62,801 nucleotides of DNA from NCBI GenBank assembly GCA_903880655.1, contig CAIRQE010000106.1, positions 1-62,801 of the forward strand, read 5' to 3'. A program made the translations under genes and the position numbers. Source of the DNA: an uncultured bacterium. Lineage in GTDB: Bacteria > Patescibacteriota > Saccharimonadia > Saccharimonadales > CAIOMD01. Positions 17,485-26,350 of this stretch are shown in pieces. The notes below the pieces were generated by a model that saw only the letters and a list, made by a program, of their open reading frames with translations, did not search any database and was not told where the DNA came from. The stretch's first letter is position 1, and every line of letters starts with the position of its first letter.

Positions 17485-20284
17485 ACTGGATTTTTGATGC
17501 GTCTAATACTAATGCTAATACTGCAGGGCTGTCTTGTGGCGTACCTGCTGACATCCGTACTCTGGATATATCTAAGAGAATCCCCATTTTAGATAAGTCG
17601 TCTGTCATACAACTATACGATATCTGCTTCTTAGCACACCATGATTTTAACACCGAAGATATAATATAGGCTCGTTGTACATCAGGCTCCCTCCTAACGA
17701 TCAGTGCGCCGCGAGGTGATTCTATCGGCAGTGTCATCATACCCTCTATAGTCGGTGCTTTTTGGTTTATAACCAGTTGATTCTGTATATGCTCAGATAA
17801 GAATGTACCTAAGAACGCACTCGATCTTTCAAGAGAAGACTCAGCAGGTATCTGTGCTTTCCTATTTAACTGCTTAACCATACGATCAAACACAGGTTTA
17901 ACTGGGATATCTACTAACCCTAAATCGTTTGCTACCTTACCGCCCCATAGAGCTGTTGCACATAATGCTGAGTAGTATCTGTCAGGCTGTCCAAGCCCTG
18001 CCGCCTTATCAAACTCTATTTGTATAAGCTCCAAGTCTTTAATGCAGTCATCATAGTTATCTAGTACATACTGCATCATTACCTCGCCAGCATGTCCGTA
18101 GTTTTTTATCATGTCTCTAGAGAATATCTGGTCAGTCTCTTGCTTAGTCATACTATCACTACGGACTACCTCTATCTCCAACACACGCAACAGCTCGCCT
18201 TCTGGATCAGCTTTATCTGTCTGTAATACTTCGTGCAAACTGTTGTTCCCAGAGGTGATGCAAGGTAGAGACCATGTTGTGTTGTTCACTCGCTCTGAGT
18301 TAGCTGATGCTTGTAGCCTGTTTTTACCACGCCCATTAGTAACACCAAATGCCAAGTTACTTACTTCGGTAGGGTGTAAATTAGTAAGCTCATCCATACA
18401 CAGAATCATATTCTGCACTACACCCATACGATGGTACTTAGACTGCACTGTATCATCTCTCACCAGCATTGCTAAATCAGGATGTCCCCAAACACTATTA
18501 GCTACCTTTTGAACAGTCGATTTACCTACCCCAGAAGATGCATTAGTTAAGTGCACAATAGCACCGCCTAAAGAGAAAAACTTAAACATCGGTGCGCCTA
18601 AGCTAAGGAACAAAGCAAAAGCCCTTACCTCATTACCTTCCAATGCATAGCAATTCGCTACCTTTTTCCACTCGTCTAAGGTCCCTGCCTTAGAGTATAT
18701 GTGCACTATGTTTTCAGTAGCCGCCGATGGAGGGCTATACTTAGGAGGAGCGTCTTTTGTGAGCTCCCGTGTACCTATAACAAAAGATCTGTCACTATCA
18801 TTCCAACCAAATTGTACTCTCACTAATTCCGCCTTAGATGTATTCTGTAAATGTTTAGTCCATATCACCAAATAGCTCATTAGATTTCTCATCTGATTGC
18901 TACCTGCGGCGACACCACGCTGTGATAACATATCTCTGCATTTATCCCCTGCTGTTACCGTAGCAAGAGGTGCTGTAAAATCACTAACCCCATCATGGGG
19001 TCTAATAAGTCTCATGTGGATAACTTCCCCTGCATCAGGATCAGTACGTCTACCCACTACATATAAGTCGTTCTCATACACGAGGTTCTTATCATCTTCT
19101 CCTTCCTCTACATCGTCTAGCGGCTTCTTGACATATACACCACCTTTCGGTCCTCTGAAGTAAGGGAAAGGGTATTCTGGTATCTCTATATCAACCACAC
19201 CCAAGTCAGGGCTAACCGCAGTTACTATATTCTCAGTAGGTGTAGCTTCTAGTATCTCTTTACCTAACACTATAGGGGTGCGTATCTTACCCCAAAAAGA
19301 ACACCCATCACATAAAGACTCATTAAAAGGTCTAAACGTCTTGCATAGTTGTGGAGCTTCACATTTCGTAGCTTTTATCTCTGTTTCAACAGGATTGTAT
19401 TCAGCATGTTTATTAGACAGGTTGTGTATAGCTGTCTCCCTATCAGTGCAGTATTGAGCAATAGATAGTCCAGCTCTCCAATGAGGTTCCGTTATGTCAT
19501 CAGGGTTATTAAATATGTAGGCTAAATGTGCACATCCTTTGCCCTCTAAACTCTTCTCCATGATGCGTGAAAACTTGTAAACCGTATTGCCAAGTAATGC
19601 TCTTGTAGTGTCATTTAACCCATTACCTGATATAGACCCTGAGCCTGACAACTCCATCATAGCTACAGGAGATAGATCACCTGTACTTAGTAACTGCTTA
19701 AACATCTCTACTGGGTTTGGCGGGCTCAGCTTTAAGAGTGTTACATCAGCTTCCAGACCACCTTTGAAATTAATAGTGCTGGGGAGTCTTAAAATTCTAA
19801 CTGCATCTGTCGTTATCCCTAAATCCTTTACACTAAACTCCGAGGACATAATACGTTCTTTAAGGGAGTTAGCTAGAGGCTTCCAAATGTCATAACCTAC
19901 AGCCTCAGTAAAAGTCCAGTAGATGTGCAACCCATAGCCAGACGATACGATAGTGGGAGCAGGGAGCTTTAACGCCGCTGCAAAATTCTTTAAAGCAACT
20001 AACCCATCATGTTGAGTAGGGTAATCTGTATTCTTACCTATATCTAAATCAATAAATAAGTTTTTAAATTCTTTAGCGTTCTTTGTGTTTCTACTTTTGT
20101 TGTTGTTATATGTTGAAGGAGAAAAATACGCATCTCTCCCTTGCGGTGGTTGCTCTTCAGCCCACTTATCTATAGCCTCTATGGAGTCAAAAAATACCTG
20201 CCACGCTTTACCTTTTTGCATAGCAGCTACACAGTACACCCCCTGAGACGGTAAAACAGTGTTTAAAAAATCTAGCCTATTCAT
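17483..20284 (-). CDS. bifunctional primase-polymerase (AEP) / SF3 D5-like helicase
   Basis: 933 aa. FIDLDIGK (DxD) and SSGYGLHIYW primase-polymerase motifs. Walker A NASSGVGKST and Walker B ILCMDELT in the C-terminal half. Confidence 0.8.
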   Translation of the reverse strand: MNRLDFLNTVLPSQGVYCVAAMQKGKAWQVFFDSIEAIDKWAEEQPPQGRDAYFSPSTYNNNKSRNTKNAKEFKNLFIDLDIGKNTDYPTQHDGLVALKNFAAALKLPAPTIVSSGYGLHIYWTFTEAVGYDIWKPLANSLKERIMSSEFSVKDLGITTDAVRILRLPSTINFKGGLEADVTLLKLSPPNPVEMFKQLLSTGDLSPVAMMELSGSGSISGNGLNDTTRALLGNTVYKFSRIMEKSLEGKGCAHLAYIFNNPDDITEPHWRAGLSIAQYCTDRETAIHNLSNKHAEYNPVETEIKATKCEAPQLCKTFRPFNESLCDGCSFWGKIRTPIVLGKEILEATPTENIVTAVSPDLGVVDIEIPEYPFPYFRGPKGGVYVKKPLDDVEEGEDDKNLVYENDLYVVGRRTDPDAGEVIHMRLIRPHDGVSDFTAPLATVTAGDKCRDMLSQRGVAAGSNQMRNLMSYLVIWTKHLQNTSKAELVRVQFGWNDSDRSFVIGTRELTKDAPPKYSPPSAATENIVHIYSKAGTLDEWKKVANCYALEGNEVRAFALFLSLGAPMFKFFSLGGAIVHLTNASSGVGKSTVQKVANSVWGHPDLAMLVRDDTVQSKYHRMGVVQNMILCMDELTNLHPTEVSNLAFGVTNGRGKNRLQASANSERVNNTTWSLPCITSGNNSLHEVLQTDKADPEGELLRVLEIEVVRSDSMTKQETDQIFSRDMIKNYGHAGEVMMQYVLDNYDDCIKDLELIQIEFDKAAGLGQPDRYYSALCATALWGGKVANDLGLVDIPVKPVFDRMVKQLNRKAQIPAESSLERSSAFLGTFLSEHIQNQLVINQKAPTIEGMMTLPIESPRGALIVRREPDVQRAYIISSVLKSWCAKKQISYSCMTDDLSKMGILLDISRVRMSAGTPQDSPAVLALVLDASKIQ

Positions 20285-20306
20285 GGCACATACCTGAATT
20301 TACGGG

Positions 20307-20334
20307 GAAAAAAAGGGGCGGTATTATCCGCCCC
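20307..20334 (-). terminator. rho-independent terminator (minus strand)
   Basis: Minus strand reads GGGGCGG-ATAATA-CCGCCCC followed by TTTTTTTT, 20 nt after the stop at 20354. Confidence 0.7.
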
Positions 20335-20353
20335 GTAAGCACAGGAGAGTAGG

Positions 20354-21229
20354 TTAATCAGCCCATTCAGCTAATACCGATTCCATAGAGGCTGGTGCCG
20401 CCGCTGGTTTCTTTTCCCTAACAGTAGGTTCTACTGTCGCTTCAGGTGTAGGAGCAGGTGCGGGTTTCTGTACAAATGTAAGTTCTTCAGGCTCTGAAGA
20501 CCTCGCCGCAGGTGGTTGGAAAGACATAGTAACTGCAAGTTTAGCTTCTGGGGATTCCCCATGTTTCTTAATAGCTTCTAGCTCTGGGATATCTAAAGCA
20601 CGTACCGCTCTAAATACCATCTTAGGTGTAGCAGAGTCAGTATCAAAGCGCATCTCAGTAACTACGTCTGTGATGTTAAGCCCATTTGCTCCTAGCAATT
20701 TAGCATACTGGAATAAAGGCATTTTGTTGTTCTCACCTTTACCGAATAGAGAAGTAGCCGCTAAAGACAGTTCATACAACTCACCACTAACTGCATCATT
20801 CTCTAACAAAACTGCCAGTCTATGCGTATATCGGCAAGCTCTACCATTACCTTGTTTTGCTGAACCTTGAATGTTCTGTGGGCATGTTGCACAGCTCACA
20901 GACTGTGGTGCTTCACTGCTTCTATCAGGGCGTTCCCCGTCATTACTCCAGCATACAGGTGCAGTAACTACACCCTCTTGATACGTTGCCGAGTAATACT
21001 GTCTTGATGTTTTAGGAGCCGCCGCCGCAATGATGATGTTCATTGCGCGATCTTCATTCTTAGCAATCTCTTGCCCACCCACTACCATACGGAAGATATT
21101 ACCCTTGATAGAGATACGTCTAGAGCTAGTACCCCCCATAAGAGCTTTAGTAGTTGCACTTAACTCTGTGTTTCTGAAGTGTGCTGGAACTGCACCGCCG
21201 TTTTTAAAAATACTTAATTCGTTGCTCAT
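20354..21229 (-). CDS. hypothetical replication-module protein with Cys cluster; possible gp32-like ssDNA-binding protein
   Basis: 291 aa. CWSNDG..C..CATCPQ..C cluster, Pro/Ala-rich linker and a short acidic C-terminal tail (LAEWAD). Position between helicase and recombination-type genes. Function is inferred only. Confidence 0.3.
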   Translation of the reverse strand: MSNELSIFKNGGAVPAHFRNTELSATTKALMGGTSSRRISIKGNIFRMVVGGQEIAKNEDRAMNIIIAAAAPKTSRQYYSATYQEGVVTAPVCWSNDGERPDRSSEAPQSVSCATCPQNIQGSAKQGNGRACRYTHRLAVLLENDAVSGELYELSLAATSLFGKGENNKMPLFQYAKLLGANGLNITDVVTEMRFDTDSATPKMVFRAVRALDIPELEAIKKHGESPEAKLAVTMSFQPPAARSSEPEELTFVQKPAPAPTPEATVEPTVREKKPAAAPASMESVLAEWAD

Positions 21230-21445
21230 TTAAATTTCCTCGGTTGGTTGTTTGGTTATTGTAGTTCTTTTGGTTAATAGGTCTCTGACATTGTCTTCTC
21301 TGAAGAGGACACTCTTTCCTCCCATGAAGTATGTTTCAAGGGCACCTGACTGTCTTAATCGGTGTAGGGAACTGCGAGAGAGGCCTAGTATCTTACTAAC
21401 TTCTTTTCCCGTCAAGTAAACTTGATCGGTTTCTTCATCAATCAT
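21230..21445 (-). CDS. small HTH DNA-binding protein (Xis/AlpA/MerR-like)
   Basis: 71 aa. LTGKEVSKILGLSRSSLHRLRQSG fits a helix-turn-helix. Confidence 0.5.
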   Translation of the reverse strand: MIDEETDQVYLTGKEVSKILGLSRSSLHRLRQSGALETYFMGGKSVLFREDNVRDLLTKRTTITKQPTEEI

Positions 21446-21446
21446 A

Positions 21447-21830
21447 TTATTTTCTCCTTACAGTAATGCTATAACGGCTATCTACGTTCATACCGGGAGG
21501 CATGAGGTTTGGGTTTTCTTCTAAAAAGTGTTTCATATTGGTTTGGTGTACTCGTTGCTCCATTAAATCTAATGCGTCGTGATCTTTAATAAACTGTTTC
21601 ATACTGCCCCAATCCGATGTCCAGTATCTAGTCTTAATGGTTTTAAACACACTACCTGCAGGTGTACGTAATCCTTCAGCTCCAGTCTCTTTACACATTT
21701 CTAATAAGGCTTGTGTAACTTGCTCTTGTTGCTCCTTTATCCTTCCATCTGCTTCATCAAACTCTCTTTGGAGCTTTACTCGTGCATCGCGCATTTTTAT
21801 GTATATTGTTACTAGTTGTTCTGCGTTCAT
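21447..21830 (-). CDS. hypothetical protein (127 aa)
   Basis: ORF packed tightly in the minus-strand operon. Confidence 0.5.
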   Translation of the reverse strand: MNAEQLVTIYIKMRDARVKLQREFDEADGRIKEQQEQVTQALLEMCKETGAEGLRTPAGSVFKTIKTRYWTSDWGSMKQFIKDHDALDLMEQRVHQTNMKHFLEENPNLMPPGMNVDSRYSITVRRK

Positions 21831-21839
21831 TTCTGTCTC

Positions 21840-22127
21840 CTATTCTACAGGTAAGCCTATATCAGTCCCCGGAAGGGGTATAAGCATCTCAGGTGTTGCA
21901 CTACCAGCATCTGGAATTATGAATGTTGCTGGTGCGTTTGGTCCTACGATAGCTGTCATGCCACCTACATCCATAACTTGTGTAACCCCTTCACCGCCCA
22001 TGTCAGCTATAGCATACCCATTAGCTGTAGGTATAACCGCTTTCATAGCTTGCCCCGGAGTTAGTATAAGAGCCGCCGCTATAGATACTGTTGGTGCTAA
22101 CAACATTAAAAACATAATACTTTTCAT
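21840..22127 (-). CDS. small exported protein with N-terminal signal peptide
   Basis: 95 aa. MKSIMFLMLLAPTVSIAAALILTPGQA looks like a Sec signal sequence. Confidence 0.45.
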   Translation of the reverse strand: MKSIMFLMLLAPTVSIAAALILTPGQAMKAVIPTANGYAIADMGGEGVTQVMDVGGMTAIVGPNAPATFIIPDAGSATPEMLIPLPGTDIGLPVE

Positions 22128-22136
22128 AGTTTTCTC

Positions 22137-22490
22137 CTAGTGTAGAATTTGGGGAGATTCTAAAAAGGCACGTATCTCTTTAGCGAGTACGCCTCTCTCA
22201 TGTTTTTCACAAGTCCTAATTAGTAATTCAATCGCTTCAAATGCAGATGTTCTATAAATCGTATCCAAGAAATTCATAAAATACTCTCCGTTTGGTTCAT
22301 CCTTCGCCACCATAAGACTTACGCCTAATTTGCTTTCTACTATTTTTACAAGGACATGCACCCCATCGTCATCCTCACCATCTTCCTCCCCCTCAAACTC
22401 CTCATCTGTAGCAATCTCAGCTTCAATCTCAGCCCTCTCATCTCTTTCTAGTTCTTCTATGAACTCACTAATTATGTCTTCTCTAATCAT
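22137..22490 (-). CDS. highly acidic protein (117 aa)
   Basis: The N-terminal half is mostly D/E (EELERDERAEIEAEIATDEEFEGEEDGEDDDG). ATGA-type overlap with the SNF2 gene. Confidence 0.5.
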   Translation of the reverse strand: MIREDIISEFIEELERDERAEIEAEIATDEEFEGEEDGEDDDGVHVLVKIVESKLGVSLMVAKDEPNGEYFMNFLDTIYRTSAFEAIELLIRTCEKHERGVLAKEIRAFLESPQILH

Positions 22491-24043
22491 TGTATTACCT
22501 CTTTAAATAAATCTAACAGCTTCGTTTGTGAAGCACCTTTGTTCTCAAGTACGTGAAGTACCTTCTTCTCTACTGGACTACCTATTAAATGCACAACATT
22601 GCACTTATTAACCTGCCCTGCTCTGTGTATGCGAGCGTTAGCTTGCATATATGTTTCTAATGATAAGGTCATACCCCACCAGATAATTGTATTAGCCGCA
22701 TGTAAAGTAACACCATGCGCTGCCGCTTGCGGCTGGATGACCAGTATGCGAGGGTCTTTGCTAGTTTGAAACTGATTGAATAGCTCCGCCCTCTTACCCA
22801 CACTTATGCCACCATGTACTATATCTACAGTGTGCCCCTCACCCTGTAATACTTTCTGAACTAACTCGATAGTATGTCTAAACATAACGAACACGATTAC
22901 CTTATGTGGTGTCTCGTCTATAATACTTAGTAGCTCATTGGATCGGTGCTTAACATCAAACTCTATTATCTCTCCTGTATCTGAATACACAGCCCCTGCT
23001 GATAACTGCAGTAACTTATTTAGAGCCACCGCTGCGTTCGCCGCTGATATCTCCTCACCTCCTGCTTGCATAAGCATCTCTTTCTTGAGCAACTTATAAT
23101 ACTTCTCCTGCTGTGCAGATAATGGTACGTCTCTAGTCTGATAAACTAACTCTGGTAAGTCTAAGCACTCTTCCTTTGTGTAACGTATAGCAGGTTGTAG
23201 GATGCTATGTACTATCTCTTCAGCTTCAGGTCGGTTCTTAAATACAAACATAGACTGGCGTATCTGTACTAAGTCTCTAAAAGCATTAAACGCTCTAGGT
23301 ACACTTTTAGGGTTCATTATCTTAGCCAACCCATACGCATCTACTGGAGACTGTGCCGCAGGTGTACCTGTCAGCAACCACAACCATGTATCATCCTTAA
23401 TTAATTTATTCAGTGTCTTCCATCTCTTAGTGGCTACGTTCTTAAGGTGTGTTGCCTCATCTACTACAATCAGGTCAAACCCACCTGCATCTATCTCTTT
23501 CTCTACTATCTCTACACCATCGTAGTTAATGATGACTATCTCAGCACTGCCGCTTATAATCGCGGCTCGCTTCTCACGACTCCCATGTGCTATCTCTACA
23601 GACCTGTGCATAGTTGTCCTAAATAAATCCCTACGCCATGCGGCGTCCATAATAGATAGTGGGCAGATTACTAGCATACGTCTTACCACGCCTAGATTCA
23701 TTAGATAGTCTGCCGCCCATATTACAGAGTTAGTTTTACCTGTACCCATCTCAGATAAACAGAAAGCCTTTTTGTTCAGAGTTAAGAACTCTGCCGTTAC
23801 CCGTTGATGCTCAAACGGTTTGTACATGCCTGTCCATTTATATTGAGTTCGGATAGGTGATGGCACGTTTGGTATCTTCAGGTTGTTTAGGATATATGTT
23901 TCACCCAAACCAAAATTCACCCAGACTTCATCCTCAGCTACCTGCTTACTTCTTTCTATTACCGACAGAATACTGTCGGGGTCGTCCGTTTTTATCGACA
24001 GTATCTTGTCGTTTATTACATCTATTTGCATTGCATACCTCAT
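22487..24043 (-). CDS. SNF2/Rad54-family helicase
   Basis: 518 aa. LSEMGTGKT (motif I), VVDEATHLKN (motif II), QANARIHRAGQ (motif VI). Confidence 0.85.
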   Translation of the reverse strand: MRYAMQIDVINDKILSIKTDDPDSILSVIERSKQVAEDEVWVNFGLGETYILNNLKIPNVPSPIRTQYKWTGMYKPFEHQRVTAEFLTLNKKAFCLSEMGTGKTNSVIWAADYLMNLGVVRRMLVICPLSIMDAAWRRDLFRTTMHRSVEIAHGSREKRAAIISGSAEIVIINYDGVEIVEKEIDAGGFDLIVVDEATHLKNVATKRWKTLNKLIKDDTWLWLLTGTPAAQSPVDAYGLAKIMNPKSVPRAFNAFRDLVQIRQSMFVFKNRPEAEEIVHSILQPAIRYTKEECLDLPELVYQTRDVPLSAQQEKYYKLLKKEMLMQAGGEEISAANAAVALNKLLQLSAGAVYSDTGEIIEFDVKHRSNELLSIIDETPHKVIVFVMFRHTIELVQKVLQGEGHTVDIVHGGISVGKRAELFNQFQTSKDPRILVIQPQAAAHGVTLHAANTIIWWGMTLSLETYMQANARIHRAGQVNKCNVVHLIGSPVEKKVLHVLENKGASQTKLLDLFKEVIQ

Positions 24044-24077
24044 TCAGCTCCTTAAGGGAGCGACTCGTTTCTTCTAT

Positions 24078-24284
24078 TTAGTCGTCTAGTATATCAAATA
24101 ACTGCGCCTTGTTCAAGTTTCGATCACTATACCACCCACGTATTTTATTCTGGCATAGTTTTCGTTCTGCTGCTCTAAGGCGTAATGCCATTCCACATAA
24201 CGCGTCTAAATGCCTATCAATTAAAGTATCGGGTAAACCAGCATCTGCCGCCATTACCCGCACAGATTTTACAGATATTTTCAT
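24078..24284 (-). CDS. hypothetical protein (68 aa)
   Basis: ORF in operon register. Overlaps the upstream gene stop. Confidence 0.45.
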   Translation of the reverse strand: MKISVKSVRVMAADAGLPDTLIDRHLDALCGMALRLRAAERKLCQNKIRGWYSDRNLNKAQLFDILDD

Positions 24285-24562
24285 TTTTTCTTTTTAGGCT
24301 CATTGATCTTTACAGTGTGGTCAGAGTTGCGGGTAAAAGATCGGTTTTGTGATGGTGTTCTAAGTCTCAAGTTAGCTTTCCCATTACCTGCCTTTGTACC
24401 ATGTATGTGGTCTATGTCCTTACCCGTTCTGTCTATACCCGCTTTGTCTGCCGCCCGTCTCGCACGTTGCCTTTCCATCCTAGCCTCATGAGCTCCGGGA
24501 CGCTTCTTCTCCAGCTCTACTTCACGTGCTACGTTTCTATCAGCTTTGTTCTTGTATGCCAT
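24281..24562 (-). CDS. small basic HNH-motif protein (93 aa)
   Basis: GKDIDHIHG..NGKANLRLRTPSQNRS resembles an HNH core. Strong GAGGAG RBS 8 nt upstream of the ATG. Confidence 0.5.
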   Translation of the reverse strand: MAYKNKADRNVAREVELEKKRPGAHEARMERQRARRAADKAGIDRTGKDIDHIHGTKAGNGKANLRLRTPSQNRSFTRNSDHTVKINEPKKKK

Positions 24563-24707
24563 CTTTTAACTCCTCTGCTTTCTTTAAGTCATCTAACATT
24601 ATCTGGTCTATTAATCGCTCTTCATGTGCATCTTTTAACAGCCTATTTATATTAGGCAACAACTCTTTTAATAACTCAGCTCTACTTATCGCCATCATAC
24701 CCCCCAT
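24540..24707 (-). CDS. small ORF whose N-terminus copies the major capsid protein N-terminus
   Basis: MGGMMAISRAELLKELLPNINRLLKD.. compared with MCP MAAISRAQLLKELLPGLNALFG. AGGTG lies 9 nt before the ATG at 24707 (alternative starts at 24698 and 24695). Fills the gap between the Cas4-like and HNH-motif genes. Confidence 0.4.
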   Translation of the reverse strand: MGGMMAISRAELLKELLPNINRLLKDAHEERLIDQIMLDDLKKAEELKDGIQEQS

Positions 24708-25374
24708 TATGTACACACCTAACTGCTTGACACCACTGCCGACAAAGCCCATTAGGTTTAGTATTGAAGATACCTGTTTCGTATGCTACTTCACGTTGCA
24801 TTAAAACTTCTTTCAGGTTATCAAATATCTCAAAGCGCCTGTCATACGTGTACTCAGCTTTCACTACTTCTTGGGACACTACAAATAACAGCATACCTTT
24901 AATAGTTTTAACTGCTGGGTACTTTAAAAATACAGCCGCCGCTAGTAGTGCAAGTTGCTTGGTATCCGCATACTTGGCAGATTTACCTGTCTTGTAATCC
25001 ACAATATACGCCTTACCTGCCGCTTCGTCTACAATTACTAAGTCAGCAATCCCACGCCAGTATCTGTCCTTCGCCTCAAAATCACATAGGCTATACTCGC
25101 CACCTTCTAACTTAATGCCCAGTTCAAGCTCACAGAACTTATCGCCCTTGATATTATTTAATGTATCAAGATAGCCCTTAATATAGTTGTACTTCTCAGG
25201 CAACGGGGTGCCTGATCCTATATAGTGTTCTGCTGCTAAATGGACATCACGCCCATAAATAGTAGCTTCTGTGTCCGTATGTGGAACATATTTCTCTACC
25301 TTATGTGCGCTATATTGTTTTGGGCATGTAATAAATTGGCTTAATGAACTGTATGAGAAACTAGGTGCTTTCAT
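24682..25374 (-). CDS. PD-(D/E)XK Cas4/RecB-like exonuclease with Cys cluster
   Basis: 230 aa. N-terminal CPKQY, GIADLVIVDE..YIVDYKTGK core, C-terminal CRQWCQAVRC. Confidence 0.8.
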   Translation of the reverse strand: MKAPSFSYSSLSQFITCPKQYSAHKVEKYVPHTDTEATIYGRDVHLAAEHYIGSGTPLPEKYNYIKGYLDTLNNIKGDKFCELELGIKLEGGEYSLCDFEAKDRYWRGIADLVIVDEAAGKAYIVDYKTGKSAKYADTKQLALLAAAVFLKYPAVKTIKGMLLFVVSQEVVKAEYTYDRRFEIFDNLKEVLMQREVAYETGIFNTKPNGLCRQWCQAVRCVHNGGYDGDK

Positions 25375-25565
25375 TCGTCCTCTTCCTCACCCCAACCCAT
25401 AAGCTGACTAACCATGTCGCACATGCTACTCAAGCAGTCAGGACAAAACGCTACTGGCAAGATACCAAAGTATTCTGTAATCCCACCTTCATCATCAGTA
25501 AAATCTGTGCTACATACATCACACTCATTCTCACCACTATCATCAAATCCTAATCCACTTTTCAT
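25371..25565 (-). CDS. small acidic Cys-rich (zinc-ribbon-like) protein
   Basis: 64 aa. CDVC...CPDC pairs. ATGA overlap with the downstream gene. Confidence 0.45.
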   Translation of the reverse strand: MKSGLGFDDSGENECDVCSTDFTDDEGGITEYFGILPVAFCPDCLSSMCDMVSQLMGWGEEEDE

Positions 25566-25697
25566 CTTTGATGCCTTATCTCAATATCGTTATAGGGGTA
25601 TTCTCTGTTACACTCACAACATACTTGTATCTTCAATCCATAGTAGCGCTTGAAGTGTCTACACACGTGCGGTGGGCAAAACCACCCTTTAATTCTT

Positions 25698-26081
25698 TTA
25701 AACACCTCTTTTTACCTCAGCGAGTTTAGCCATGTAGTGCCTAGCTTTGTCCGCATCATCAGGGGCGTTTTCTTTTTTACCATCACGCATTGCATATTTA
25801 ATAACACACCCTTTAAGATAGCCTATAAATTCCTCTTTACTTAAAGCAACTTCCATAAGCTCCCAAGGTTGAATACCCATTTTTTTATAGTGATCTCCTC
25901 CTACTTGCATTGCATCAGCTGGAAGTTTCTTAGGTTCATGAGAGTAGTGGCTTAGGTTATTAATAGGGTCAGCTGGAACTTCTTTAGGTTTCCATACAGG
26001 TTTTACATTTGATTCTTCGTTTATCATATTAGGGTAGCTCCATAAATTTATCGGGGGGAATACAAGGTCAGCCCATTTCAC
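25698..26081 (-). CDS. DUF3310-like phage protein
   Basis: GGDHYKKMGIQPWELME..KGCVIKYAMR matches my recollection of the DUF3310 family. GTG start at 26081 or ATG at 26027. Confidence 0.45.
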   Translation of the reverse strand: MKWADLVFPPINLWSYPNMINEESNVKPVWKPKEVPADPINNLSHYSHEPKKLPADAMQVGGDHYKKMGIQPWELMEVALSKEEFIGYLKGCVIKYAMRDGKKENAPDDADKARHYMAKLAEVKRGV

Positions 26082-26281
26082 TCATTCCCTACCTCACGTT
26101 CATAGTCATCACGACACTGCTCATCACACCACCGTCTACCATCAACTACATCATCGTCACAGAACCAACATCTATTAGACTTGTTCTGGTATATATCCAG
26201 TGGCTTGCCACGTTGTAATGCTATTTGTTTCTCCAGTATTAACTGGGCTTGTTCGTTGGCTTTATCTGCAATGTCAGCCAT
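26078..26281 (-). CDS. TraR/DksA-like C4 zinc-finger protein
   Basis: 67 aa. CWFCDDDVVDGRRWCDEQC follows an acidic or helical N-terminus. Confidence 0.4.
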   Translation of the reverse strand: MADIADKANEQAQLILEKQIALQRGKPLDIYQNKSNRCWFCDDDVVDGRRWCDEQCRDDYEREVGNE

Positions 26282-26350
26282 AGTTCTCTCTCGCTCTAAA
26301 AGGATTAGGTTTTTTCTTTCTATTTTTGTTACTTGTTTTGTTCGCCATCA

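Noticed and set aside
17469-17669. Plus-strand 66-aa ORF after the giant gene terminator
   Set aside because: It starts inside the terminator hairpin and lies wholly antisense to the 3' end of the primase-helicase gene.
24049-24062. CGCTCCCTTAAGG shared between the SNF2 5' UTR (24049-24062) and the ATPase 5' UTR (35868-35882)
   Set aside because: A 13-nt exact match is expected tens of times by chance in a 62.8-kb self-comparison. At 24049 it is simply a hairpin containing the AAGGAG RBS.
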